Below are positions 10,734 through 24,039 of a stretch of 64,000 nt of DNA, one piece after another (the stretch's first letter is position 1; each line of letters starts with the position of its first letter). Under the pieces are notes generated by a model. The model saw nothing but the letters and a program-made list of their open reading frames with translations. It did no database searches and was not told the DNA's origin. The DNA comes from Octopus sinensis. Taxonomy: Eukaryota. The DNA lies in contig NC_043022.1 of NCBI RefSeq assembly GCF_006345805.1, positions 16,306,001 to 16,370,000 of the forward strand, in the 5' to 3' direction. Both the position numbers and the translations under genes were made by a program.

Positions 10734-12206
10734 AATTGGAGTGGATATTATACTTTTGGGGTAGTATACCCCAAAAGTTTATCAACCGAAACATTGTGTT
10801 AACAACAAGCAAGATGAGGACAAATATCCGTCGGATGTAAATAATGTAAATAATTCCTCATCTCTTAAATATAGAAAAGCATGGACTTGTTGGACAAATT
10901 TATGAAAATACTTTGGACAAGCAAAGAGTTAAAACAGAAAGGTATTCTGCTCCTATCTTTAGCTTACCACTAATGAACAATAAACAAAAACAAAACTTTT
11001 TGACTTCATTAGACAGGGATCATTAATAAATAATATCCTTGCCTTCCCTTCGTTGCTGTCATTATGTTTTGCCTAATTAGAACGTTTCTAAAATAGTATG
11101 ACATCTTGGTGAATATTAGTTTTGCAGTTTGTAACGATGAGGTCAATTAAAAAAGTTTTGTGACCCATGTGGCAGTGTTACACCAATGTTCCATGACTGT
11201 TAAATCTTTTGTTACTGGCAATCAATAACTAGTTAAAGGGATATTAAATTCCTTACTAAACAATTGCTCAATGCTTTTAGTAATTTTTCCTAAAGTATTT
11301 CAATTAAAAGCAAACCACAATTTAAAATATTTTTGCTATTGATTAATGTGAAATATTTTTTTTTTAGGTAATTTTGTTTTTTTTAATATTTACAGTGTGT
11401 AGTTTTTAAAAGAATTAAACAAATGGAAAGAAAATCTTTTGATTATATTCTTTAAATAATTGATTGGCTAATTACATATTTTCTGCTACAAATGATGGAA
11501 ATCAATTCAACATTTTAACCTTGTCAATGAGATCTGGAAATTCTGTTGTTTTTTTTTTTTTTAGTTCTTCAGTTTCAGATTTTGTATTTTTATTATTCCT
11601 TTCAAAGAGCTTTATTTAAACATTTATTGCTAGTTTCGAAAAATTGTTGAGAGTTGTGAAAGCCATCTTTTAACATATTTCTAATGCAAGGGTTTGCACT
11701 GTATTTTTTTTTTAATTATTGGTGACTTGATCAGACATTTCAATAAATTAACATCCATAAATTAACTTTTTTTCCATTAACCACTAATTGAGAAGAGGAA
11801 GCAAGGAGAGAGAAAGAAGGAGGGAGACAAAGAGGGGTTAGAGAGTGAGAGATGTAAATATTTTAGTCAATTACTCAGACCTAAATCATTTATTCTTTCA
11901 ACCAATGATTGTAAACTATTTTAAATGAACATTGACCACATGAAGCTATCTACATTGCTCGAAGGATAATTGGCGCTTCTTTGTCAAAGTAAATTATATT
12001 TACAGAAGACAAAAGTAACTGCAAAACTGTTAGAAGAATTTGTCAAACTAAAAGAATAGTCACAGGTTAGGCTGTATGGTTGAGAAGCTTGCTTCCAAAA
12101 CATGTGGTCTTCGGTTCAGTTCCACTGCGTGATACCTTGGGCAAGTGTCTTCTACTGTAACTGTGGGCCAACCAAAGTTTTGTGAGTGGATATGGTGGCC
12201 AGTCTA

Positions 12207-12425
12207 AAAGGCGGCGAGCTGGCAGAAATGTTAGCACGCCAGGCGAAATGCTTAGCAGTATTTCATCTGTCTTTACATTCTGAGTTCAAATTCCGCCAAG
12301 GTTGACTTTGCCTTTCATCCTTTCGGGGTCGATAAATTAAGTATCAGCTGCATACTGAGGTCGATCTAGTTGACTGGCCCCCTCTCCTAAAATTTCGGAC
12401 CTTGTGCCTAGAGTAGAAAAGAATA
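12207..12425 (+). mobile_element. SINE family B following a truncated family A head (12062-12200)
   Basis: Same head and core as 34692, with the tail-1 variant. Confidence 0.85.
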
Positions 12426-14469
12426 TATCCTTTAATTTCACAGACAATAATGTCTTTAGTTGAAACTCTGTTTTTAGAACTGTTTTTCAATTGCCAGCTT
12501 CCAGAGTGGCTTCAGACATCATTCTCTCTTTTATTTACCTTCATTTCAGCTTGATTATTTGTTGACAAGTATTTCACTCCTGCTTTACTTAGATTATTGA
12601 GAATTAAACTATCTTACTATAATGCACTTACTTGTTCTTGTTTGTGATTAGAGGCTTAGGCAGTTATCCTATTTATTTCTGCATCTATTATATAATCATT
12701 TAGTAATGTTCACAATTTGTTTGTTGACAATAATCTCCATTTCCATTCTACCTGGATGTGTGTCCTCTTTACTATGATCTACAGATGTACGTAAACATGC
12801 TGAGTTATTTTCCCTCTAGTCTTCTGAAATAATATATTGCCGTAGTATAATTACAGTGTGATTGTCCAACACCTTGTCTGTCTGCTATTGAAATCTTACG
12901 AAATCTAATTATTTAGCTTAGTTTGTTCAACCATTCAAATAGTAAATGGTAGTTTTCTTGTAAGCAAAGATAAAATATAAAAATAAAATTATCGTTGTTC
13001 ATGAGTTCTGTAAGTAAAGTTATGATAGAAAACAGAACACAATGAATGCTCTCCCTCTCCCCTCCCTCTCTCTGTCTCTCCCTCACACACAGTTACACAC
13101 GTGTGTGTGTGTGTATTGACGGTTTGACTCAAATTTGCTTTAATCAACTGTTTCACAGGCACAAAAAGCATGTCTGATCATTTGGATGTTTAATAATGCT
13201 GACATATGTTTAACAACTCTTTTCTTTTTGTACTACACCTGTCTGTATTACATACGCATGCACACACACAGACACACACACACACATCTTTTATCTTGTT
13301 TCAGTCATTAGACTGTGGCCATGCTGGAACACCGCCTTGAAGAATTCTTAGTTGAATGAGTCAACCCCAGTACTTACTTTTTTTTCTAAAGCCTGGTTCT
13401 TATTCTATCAGTCTCTTTTGCCAAACTGCTAAGTTAGGAAAATGTAAACACACCAACACCAATTGTCAAGTGGTGGTGAGGACAAGCACAGACAAGCCTT
13501 TATTCCTGATAACTAAACACTTACTCATATACCCCTCCTCCCAACCACCATCCATACACACACTTTTTCTTTCCCCTCCTCTCCCTCACTCACACACATC
13601 TACACACACAGCTTTTATTCCTGATACTAAGCACTTATATACCCCCCACACACACACACTTTTCTTCCCACCTCTTTCACTCACACATACCTATGCACCC
13701 CACCACACCCATGTATATATGTAAATTTTTGTCTGACGGATGTTCTATGTTTGTAGATATGTGCAATATGCCATTTTGAGAGTGTAAAAAAATCTTTAGA
13801 CCATAACATTGCTTAGTCAAAGCTTTGTGATTGCAATATAGACGACGGAGAAATCAATGGAATAAATTGATCAGATTTCCCAGATAGCAACAGTTCTGCC
13901 ACAAGTCACCAAGTGACTAGCATGATGTAATTTAACCCCAACGACCTGCTAAATCTTCACTTGTGGAAGAAAAGAATGACAATGAGACACCAGACAGATT
14001 TTTAAATATATATATTGTTGATAGATTTTTGTTTTGTATGAAACAAGATAGAATAACCAACAACAACAACAGCAAAAAATAAACAGCTTTATTGAATTAT
14101 GTCTCCTGGTGTCATTTAATGAAATGCTTGCAGAAAATCTGTTATTAACAGAATGTGGATACCAGAATTACATACAAAAGTAAAAATTGCTTCTGTCATA
14201 AGAGTTTAGAAACTGTGAGATTAAGTGAAATAAATCTCTGTTTTTTTTAACAGTGGAACTCAAAGTAGATAATACTATAAATAATAGCATTTAAATATTT
14301 GGTCAAAAAAACTCAAAGGCTACCAATAGGACAACAGTCTGTCATGTTTACAGGAGTTGTGGGTTTGAGCCCTACAGGCAGCCTTTAAGTTTTTCTTTCA
14401 AAAGGGTTTTTAACCCAGTATTTAAATGCTGTTATTTATGGCTTTCCTGTCCCCACCTCATCACATTTT

Positions 14470-15216
14470 CACACTCTTTCTCTTCTTCATCCGAGGAAGC
14501 CATGCCTCTCTTCTAATGCAACACATCTTCCCTGTCCCTTAGTACTACTACTCCTCCCAGTTGAGGGGGTTTTGTCCTGCAAGTTACTTGATTACCTCAC
14601 TGCTGCTGGTGACATGTAAAAAGCACCCAGTACACTCCTTATGAAATCTCTCGTGGAAGCGCCATCCAACCAAAATGCAAATATATGGGAAACTACCACC
14701 TGTATCATCTCTTGTGAAAAGTAGGAGAGTCCAGTTTGCAGGACATTGTTGTAGAGCTGAAAAAGAAGTAATTTCTCCTCTTCTCCTCTGGAAGCCATCT
14801 ACTCGCAATACCAGAGGACGCACACTCTGATGCAACCCTGATGTAATCTCCAGGGATACAGGCATCCAGCAACAGGACCTCCGTAATGCCATGATGGACC
14901 GTGAAGTCTGGCGTAGCATGGTAAATTCCATTGTCTCGACCACGGTCGAACAATGATGAATGACTACTCCTCCCAGTTGAGGGGGTTTTGTCCTGCAAGC
15001 TACTTGATAACCCCACTGCTGCTGGTGACATGTAAAAAGCACCCAGTACACTCTGTAAAGTGGTTGGCATTGGGAAGAGCATCCAGCTGTCGAAACCATG
15101 GCAAAACAGACTACAGGACTGGGTGCAGTCTTCTGACTTGCCTGTTCCTGTCAAACCATCCAACCCATACCAGCAGGGAAAATAGACATTAAATGATGGT
15201 GGTGATGATGATGATG
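14470..15216 (+). mobile_element. Family C repeat (GGTTGGCATT.GGAAG.GCATCCAGC domain, (GAT)n tail), host of the RTE insertion
   Basis: Homologous to 8345-8582 (+), 27140-27340 (+), 48612-49050 (-), 56981-57325 (-) and the degenerate 20500-20850 (-). Confidence 0.7.
14638..14962 (+). mobile_element. RTE-clade LINE 3' fragment
   Basis: Near-identical to 30858-31235 and ends ...GGTCGAACAATGATGAATG. Flanked by 91-bp direct repeats (14547-14637 and 14963-15053). Confidence 0.85.
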
Positions 15217-15844
15217 GGAAAAAAAAAATCCATTTATAAAAGTAAATATATTATTTTATTTGTGAATACAATTGAAATAGAAATCTCTTTCATTTCAATT
15301 TCTTTTACATATTATTTTCCTCAAGTTGCATAAAATTGAAGAAATTTAATATTTTTAGATTTTTCTCTCATAAATAAATCTGAAGATTCTCTGCTACTTG
15401 TCACTGTTTTTACGTATGCTCTTTGACAACCCTTGAATTATCGGTGAAGGATGAATTTTAAAAGTTTCTCAATAATTTCTGTGGCCTTTTTGTCATTGTT
15501 TGATTTTGTTGTAGCTGATGTGTTTCCAAGGCAGAGAATGGTTGAAGTAATGACTGCGTCACTTTTGGCATCGTTCGCAATTGATGATGCATTGCCTACA
15601 TGATTCCAGTGAACAATGGAACTGTAAATCCATAAAAGAGCAAATGTGCGACCAAAGTATTAAGCTCATAACATTCCTTGGTTGCTATAAACCATTCTTT
15701 GGTGTGGAAACAAATTCCAGTTCTTCATTGAGACAAAAAGATTGACTTTGGAACTAAAGGAGTTCTGAACTGGAGAGATATGTAATGTGTGTGTGTGTGT
15801 TGTGTGTGTGTGTGTGTGTTTATATTTATATTTTTATATTAAGC

Positions 15845-16205
15845 TTACTTCAGTCATTAGACTGTGGCCATGCTGGAGCACCACCTTCAAGACCTTTTAG
15901 TCAAATGAATTGACCCCAAAACTTCCTTATCTTTAAGCCTGGTACTTCTTCTATTGGTGTCTTTTGCTGAACCACAAAGTTATGGAGACTTCAACACACC
16001 GACACTGGCTGTCAAGCAAGGGTGTGGCAAACACAGACACACACGACAGGCTTCTTTCAGTTTCCATCTACCAAATCTACTGACAAGGCTTTGGTCAGCC
16101 TGGGGATATAATAGAAGACACTTTTTCAAGGTGCCATGCAGTGGGACTGAACATGGAACTGTGTGGGTGGGAAGCACTCCTGTCCCTGTGAACCACAGGC
16201 CACAG
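15845..16205 (-). mobile_element. SINE family A
   Basis: Reverse complement of the 60465 copy. Confidence 0.85.
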
Positions 16206-16923
16206 TTATACCTGTGTGTGTGTTTATGAAAATTCTTGAATCAAAGGTCAGGGAGACTAGAAACCTAAAGAGGACTATCTGAATTAGTAAAAGTAGAGAT
16301 TCTTTATTAAAACATTAAATCAGTAAAATACAACTATATATGTACACACACACACACACACACACACACAGAGCTTTGGTGAATGTGAGTCCCACAATCT
16401 ATTGGGTTGCAGAAACCTCAGTAAACCCGTCAAGTTGTGTCCATGAGACAGTTGAGCTCACAACAGGAAACCTTGCAAGATGCAGCACTTATCAATACCC
16501 TATCAACCTGAATCTAAATACCTCTTGGTGGACTGGTCCCAAAAAAGATTTAATGTTTTACATCAGCATCTTTGTTTTATTCATGTGGCTCAAATCTATC
16601 AATCGGTTGATCACTCTATCATTATCTGTCTCTATAAATCAACAGGTTTATTTCTCTCTGTCTATAAATTAATCAGTAGTGCGTGAGCAGTCAGCCAGAC
16701 ACTACTAATCGATTGATCGGTCTGTAGCAATGAAAGCCATCTGAAACATCCGGATATTTACTGCTGCCCCGACTTTCATCTCTCTCTAGTAAAGGTAGAG
16801 GCTATAATTAAACTTAATTAAACCATCTTGGGTCTTAACGCCCCACCCTCATCCTCCCTGTATGGGGAATAGTATGGGTTCATTTAGGAACTATTGGTCT
16901 ATAGCAGCTGATCAGAATATGGG

Positions 16924-17306
16924 TACAGACATGGTTGTGTGGTAAGCAGCTTGCTTCCCAACCCCATGACTCCAGGATCAGTCCCACTGAATGGCACTTT
17001 GGACTAGTGTCTCCTGCAGTAGCCTTGGATCAACCAAAGCCTTGTGAGTGGACAGAAACTGAAAGAAACCCATTGTGTGTGTGTGGTGTGTGTGTGTGTG
17101 TTTGTCCTCCACCACCATTTCGCAACCAATGTTGGTTTGTTTACATCCCCATAACTTAGCTCTTCGGCAAAAGAGATCAATCAAATAAGTACCAGGCTTA
17201 AGAAAAAGAAATATAAGTACCAGGGGAAAATCACTTGACAAAAAATTCTTCAAGACAATGCCCCAGCATGGCCACAGTCTAATGACTGAAACAAGTAAAA
17301 GGTAAA
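16924..17306 (+). mobile_element. SINE family A
   Basis: Same head, core and tail as 60465. Confidence 0.85.
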
Positions 17307-18115
17307 GGTTTGGGAAACGATCAATCAGTGTGTAGCTATTGATCACTATGTAGTAAAGGTCATCAAACCGATCTGTGTGCCCTGATAAACTGATTGATCA
17401 GTTTGCTGTGATTGACTGAGTGATTAGTTTGTAGAGATTGACTGATTGATCAGCTTGTAGGGAGCAGTCACTCAATTTAGTCTCTAGTCACCAACTGATA
17501 TATAGTGATAGACATGTCAATATCTAGAGATTAGTCAACTGATTGGTGTGAACAGATCAACCAATTGATTGATAAGTAGAGATCAATTGGTTTGTAGTGA
17601 TTGATTAAACAGTCACTCTGTAGTGACTCATCAGTCTGCAGTTTTCAACCTACTTGATTGGTGAGATTGACTGGCTGATCATGTGTAAGGGTCAATTGGT
17701 ATATAGAGATCAATCAGTGTTTAGTGATTGTTAAATTGATCAAACCTATGTGTGATAGAAATCTATATCTGTTCATCTAACTATTGGTATGTGTGATGTA
17801 TGTAAGAGCTATAGGGTTGCATATATATGTGTGTGTGTATATATGTTTATATATGTATATATATGTATATATATATGAATATATATATATGTATGTATAT
17901 ATACGTATGTATATATATATGTGTGTGTGTATATATGTGTGTGTGTGTATATATATGTGTGTGTATATATATATATGTGTATATATATATGTGTATATAT
18001 ATATGTATATATATATATGTGTGTGTGTGTGTGTATATATATATGTATATATAATTATATATATGTATATATATATATGTATATGTATATACATATATAT
18101 ATATGTATATATAAT

Positions 18116-18166
<51 letters not shown>

Positions 18167-18255
18167 ATATAAAGTGAAAGGGAGAGAGAGACATGTGTAT
18201 TTGTTGTATCTCTATGTGTGAATGTGTTTGCATTTCCGCACACACAGTTCCTCAC

Positions 18256-18435
18256 GAGGGCTGCCAATGCTTCTACTTGTAATGATGACTTATTCAGTTT
18301 ATCTACTTCAGCTTTTATCCAAACACGATGCACTTTCTGATACATTAAAGCACCGTGCATCTTTAATGTTCTTATCTGATTTGTCCTGTTGCTTTCAGAA
18401 AGATTAGCTTGTGGGTGCTGTAAATTATTCAGTCT
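18256..18435 (-). CDS. Candidate 180-nt symmetric exon
   Basis: RLNNLQHPQANLSESNRTNQIRTLKMHGALMYQKVHRVWIKAEVDKLNKSSLQVEALAAL. Donor gtgagg, acceptor gtattcag (alternative exon start at 18478). Confidence 0.35.
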
Positions 18436-19645
18436 CTGAATACTAAACCAAATTTCTATCAATATACTTTTGAATTTACTGATAGAATACATTTAATATA
18501 TAATTCTCTACTCTTGACAGAAGTATTGTTACTGATATTTAGATCATTTCGTCTGGTATTGGTTGGAATGTAAGTTACTTGTTAGTTGAATAGTTTGAAT
18601 TAGAATCTACGATCTGTTAAATTCTATTTCTCACCCACCCCCGCCTCACCCCAATGCTCTTCTAATATTGTTTATATTTTGAAATATGTCATTTTGATTA
18701 GTCATCTCATAAAACTGATGTCTATCTCTTTATTCGTTTTCTAACCGTAAGAATATCATTTCAGCCTTTTGTATAGAAAAGTGCTTCTTATTTATACGTT
18801 ACTCAAAAGTAAATTTCTTTCTGTTTGGTATCGTCAGATGAAATCAAATGTCTTTGCCGTTGAACTTTTACCCAAACCCAAACAATGTACTTTGCTTCTA
18901 TTTCTGCTCAAATACTATAAAACCATTAGAAAAGATAGCTGTGTAATTTCTTTTTCTCTTTCGGTTAAAATGTTCATTCAAATTGTCTCCAAAATTAGAT
19001 TAATGAAACTAATTTACTTGCACAATCAAACAGCTACGTACACCCCTCATCATGTTTACTACTTGTAAAATGAACATAAAATACCATTGTTCAATTTCAA
19101 TTGAAGCTAAACTTCCCTGGCTAAAAAGAAAACTCTATTCTACTTTATTTACTACTTTCACACAAAATATCAATAACACAATCATCTCTTGGCCATTTTG
19201 TGACCCCCCCCCTTAAACAGCTGCGGTCCAGCTAGTCTCAATGACCATATATCTTGGTTGTTATTTCTCCAAACAAATGGTATCCATTTTCAGTGAGGAG
19301 ATGAAGTATTCTTATGTTGCGACTCTCTACAATAGGTTGTCTTTTGTTCACTTTAATAAAATTAAATCGACAAAAGCACAACAAGGTTTACAATTTCACT
19401 TTCACTACTTTATCAGTTTATCTAAAGTGCAGCAGAAACATACTTTTAAATTAGAAATTCATGTTTTACTTCTCACTTGTTTCACACTAATTTCATATAT
19501 ATATATATATATGTGTATATAGATGTATATGTGTGTATGTGTGTATGTAACCACTCACTTCCCTGATTTATGATGGATGTCCTTGTTGAACCAAGCCTGC
19601 ACATCTAACTTCAGTGTTCGATGCTAATCTTTTCACCACCTTACA

Positions 19646-19930
19646 TCTTTATATATAAAAGTAAGGTTGTGTGTCTGTCTCCTACGATTTAGATTCCTAA
19701 CTACTCCCACATTTTGCATTTCAATGAGTCTACGATTTAAAAAAAAATTTTCCATAATTTTTTTCGCTATTATATAAGGGAAGTAACTCTCTAAAAATGT
19801 CTACGATGAGTCAACGATTTAAAAAGAAATTTACCATAATTTTTTTGCTATTTTTTGGCTATAACTCTCTAAAAATGCTTATATAGTTATTTCCCTTACA
19901 AACCCGAGCAACGCCGGGCGATACTGCTAG
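19646..19930 (+). mobile_element. Non-autonomous Helitron
   Basis: 5' TCTTTATATATAAAAG and 3' CTAG. GC hairpin CCCGAGCAACGCCGGG at 19903-19918, 8 nt before CTAG. Inserted between A (19645) and T (19931) with no TSD. Confidence 0.85.
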
Positions 19931-21487
19931 TCGTTAATATAACTGTGAGTTAACTTAATCTAATATCCACAATTTTTAATCAATCACTGTGACAAAAGGG
20001 GAAAAAAGGAAACTACTGCCCAAGAAAGGCAAAGGAGCATTTTATTTGTTCTTTGCAGTTTCATGCCAGTTGTCTATAGAACTGTTGTGTTTCTGTCTGG
20101 AGAGCAGCACTTCCCTCTTCTCCCTCCCTCATTCCTTTCCAAGTGGAGCCAATGAAAATTAGTCGACCAGCTTTTCTCAGCTGACTTTGAGAATTGAACT
20201 CTACCTTGTGCCCAAGCGTTGTTGGCTTGGGCTGGGGGCTATGTTGAACAGCTGTTGAAGCATGCAGAGGACAAACCTGGTTATCAACTGAGAAAACCAT
20301 GAGGAATACCTTACTGTCCTCCTTTGGTTGAGAAGGGAAGCAGTTTTCCTTTGTCCAGTGGCAACAAAGGATGATACTTTGCATGTCCCTGTCGGCTGGT
20401 CAGTGATAAGAGAACTTAGTGTAATCTTAGATCTGTAAGGTTCATTGATTGGCTCTCAGTGTTGTCTTTCTATTAGGACATCTATTTCAACACCACACAA
20501 TGTACTCCACCATATTTTCTTTATGGCTGGTTGCACTTTGTAACACCAATCATTTTACAGAGTGCATTAGGTGCTATTTTTGTGGCATCAGCACTTGTGA
20601 GCTGACCATATAGCTTGCAAGAGTAAGAGCCCCATCAACTGAGTGGAGCTACAGTGGAGAGAGTGGTTAGCTTTATGTTGGTGTTATGGAGGAAGGGCCT
20701 GAAGTAGGTATTTTGTTGTGAAGAAAATACATAGCTGTTGACGTTATACACGAGTAGATGGGACTAATCTGTGTGAAGCTGGAAAGAGTGATAAAGATGC
20801 TAGTGATGAGGTGTCAAGGTTGCCAGGGTATATACAGTAGAGAGAGCATGATTGTTGTTGCTATTGTGATAAATGCCATTATAGCAAGTCTATTTAAGTG
20901 CTAAGTGGACAAAGTCTGTAAGTTGGTTTTTGTTCCTAGTTGAAGTGAATTAATTCGCTTCCCTTACACCATCAATACTCTTGAGAAAAAGCATGACAAT
21001 TACACAATTTCATTCCTGCCTTCTATAAATTTGTGACCTGATAGGAAACCATCACAGTTGTTATTCATGTTTTTATCATCGTTTTCTATTGTTAATTTAA
21101 TCTTAGTAAATATTCTCTCTAAATAAGTTAAGCAATCCAAAACCTGAAACGCTGTTTTCTCTTTTTAAGTGATTGGTACAACAAAAGCATCTAACTGTAA
21201 AATATTTGTTCTGACATTTCTGCAAATATTTGGAATTGGAAAACTATACAAGCCACCATAGCTTACCAAAGTACGATTGTCATCCGGAATATTTCCTTAG
21301 CAGTTAATGGGAAACTATAGATGCATATAATAGCAAATTATCCAAGTATCATATTTGCTAATAAGAGCTTGATTTGAAAATAAATAATTTTGAAGCTGCA
21401 ATAAAGCAGAATATTGATTTATCAACAGTTTCTAATTTGTTGGAGGAGGAGGGTGGGCTGGAGACTGATGATTGCTGGTTGTTATTT

Positions 21488-21529
<42 letters not shown>

Positions 21530-22949
21530 TATCCCCCCCCATTTATGGATTTTGTTTTTCTCTGCCTAAGCCATATATAATAGCAGGGTACAACAAGAAT
21601 AAAAGCAAGCAAGGTGCTCTTGAATCATTTATCATAGATCAAAGTAGAAGATCAGCATATTTAATTCATTTTCATCATGAAATTGTGAATGATTTGCCCA
21701 TCTTATGTAAGAACGAGTGAGCAGCAGGTGTTATTGAACACTTGTTAACAACAGTAAAACAAAATGCAAAGAAAGGAAAAAAAAGACAGGGTGGCTTCTA
21801 AATTATATTTGTCCCATAGGACAAGTTTATATTTTAAAACTTTAAAGACATTTTATATTTTTATAGAAAAAAAAAATCTACTGATGCCAATTTTTTGTTT
21901 ATTAAAATTTGATATCTGTTTAAATGTGAAAATATTAAAATTTTCTTTCCTTCTACTTTATTTACTAACCATTTTGCTTCCAGTCTGAATTATTAAATGC
22001 TAGTTTACACTCAAACAAAGAGACAAAAATCTATTTTCTCTGTTCACATTTGTTGTCAAAGGAGGAATACCAATGAATATGTCTTCGTTTCCAGAGCATA
22101 AGACATTATTGGCATTAGCAAATATTTCAATATTTCAACTATAACCACCTCCTCTACTACTACTACTACAACTTTGTAGTAGTAATAATGTTGATGATGA
22201 TGATGATGGTGATGGTGATGACAAGGATGAGGCAGATTTCTTTTATTTTATTTTCTCTGTTTTGTATTTTTTTTTTTTTTCATTATCATGGAGAACTGTT
22301 TCATTGATTTGCTTGTGTTGAGAGGTCAGACACAGCAAATATGAAAGAAGTCTGAGAAGGAATGTCTCAAAGAGGGTGCGGTGAGAGAGAAAGACAGACA
22401 GAGATAAAGAAAGAGACAGAGAGGGGGTATTTAGACCATTAAAACAAAATAGAGATTCTATTCTTAAACAAAACAACATGTATGTATTTTTCAAGTTACA
22501 CATTTGAATATGCAATGGGTACTTTTTTTACAAAAGAAATTCTTTGATATCTACCTTTTATTATTAATAATGGTCACCCCCACCGCTTTCATTTATTTAT
22601 TTACTCTTTTTTATTTTTTGAAACATTTTTTTGGACTGTTTTTCTTTCTCTTCAGTGAAATGGAAGATTTTTTTCACTCAGATTTTTTTTTGTATTTCAA
22701 AAGAAAATTTCAACATTTGATGCTCCGTCTTTCATTGCAGCTTCTGTTGCCGCTTCTTTCATTCTACACTTTTAATTTAATTTTTATTTTTATCAATGCA
22801 ACATCTCTGTCTGCAATTGCTTCTTCTCCTTGCCTTCCTTCCTTCCGCTTTTGTCTGCTACTCTTCTCCTCCGTATCTTCCTGCCTACTTGTCTATTATC
22901 ATCATTATTATTACCATTATTATCATCATTATTATTACCATTATTATTA

Positions 22950-22989
<40 letters not shown>

Positions 22990-23181
22990 TATTATCATCA
23001 TCATCATCATCAAAACTGATGCTACTTCTTTCAAACATAAATTTCTTTCCTGTGCTGGATATCACATTTTTGCTAATATTTTTCATTCAGAATCATCTCT
23101 CATTCCCTTTTATTTTTTTCTTTGACATATTTTGTTTCTATCTCCTTTATCAGAAACTTTCATTTCTAAATATATTGAAAA

Positions 23182-23223
<42 letters not shown>

Positions 23224-23663
23224 TTTTGCATTTCTATATGTTTCTTTTATATATATATATATATCCATATTTCTGATTCAACTAAAATTGATATCTCTAT
23301 TTACCCTCCCCCCCTTCAACACACATACAACCACCAATTTCATTTCTACCTGTCAGTCTCCCAGTCCACTAGTATTTGCTTCTTTTATTTCATATTTGAT
23401 ATATAAATCCATTAGCTACTTGCTTTTATAGTTATATTGCCTTCACCTATCTTGCTATTAAGTTCAAATAAAAATCATTTGCTATCAAATGAATCAAAGT
23501 GTATTTCCTAACAATCTAATTTCTAATGTTTAATATGAAATTTCATGTTTTTCCTTATGTAATACCTGATCTCATCCTCATTGCAAAATAGCTTATTATA
23601 CTACTCTTACTTTCATTGCTATCACTTTAGTTCTTGGTGTATTTCTTTGTCATGATGTATGTC

Positions 23664-23709
<46 letters not shown>

Positions 23710-23710
<1 letters not shown>

Positions 23711-24013
23711 AACAAAAACTCAATAGAGGGTATTAAAACATTTAGACAGATAGATAACACAAAGGAAACAACAATTAGAAGGACTGGCAAAAAAGACGGC
23801 TCATTCTTGGCTTTCTTTCTTCAGTCAAGTACCAGAAGTCACAACCATTTCAGACCACACACCACGTGTGTATTGTTGGCAATTTTCTTCCTCCGTCTTC
23901 CCTTCTTTTGGACTTTCCTCTATTTCTGAAGAAGAGCAAGGCTCGAAACATTAAAACATTAAATCCTCTTTCCTTCCTTTCCTGAATGTCTGATAATACA
24001 GTACTTGTACCAC
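23710..24013 (+). mobile_element. Short hammerhead-bearing (PLE-like) element between (TA)n tracts
   Basis: Contains ATTT-CTGAAGA-A-GAGC-AAG-GCTC-GAA-ACAT-T-AAAA at 23921-23957. The downstream tail is similar to the 55582-55714 element. Confidence 0.55.
23921..23957 (+). ncRNA. Degenerate minimal hammerhead ribozyme
   Basis: Canonical CUGANGA core and a perfect 4-bp stem II. The stem III palindrome is broken (ACAT) and stem I is 3 bp. Confidence 0.5.
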
Positions 24014-24039
24014 GTATATATATATATAATTATAGCTTG

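Larger units (their letters stand above)
9732..10876 (-). mobile_element. Penelope-like retroelement, 5'-truncated, with inverted terminal copy
   Basis: GIY-YIG-type ORF inside. ~75-bp inverted repeats at 9731-9808 and 10776-10852. AAGCATGGACTT is duplicated at 9720-9731 and 10877-10888 (TSD). Confidence 0.9.

Noticed and set aside
20061-20384. 107-aa minus-strand ORF
   Set aside because: It has no recognisable motif. The region is GC-richer and next to decayed repeats, so it is probably an old element.
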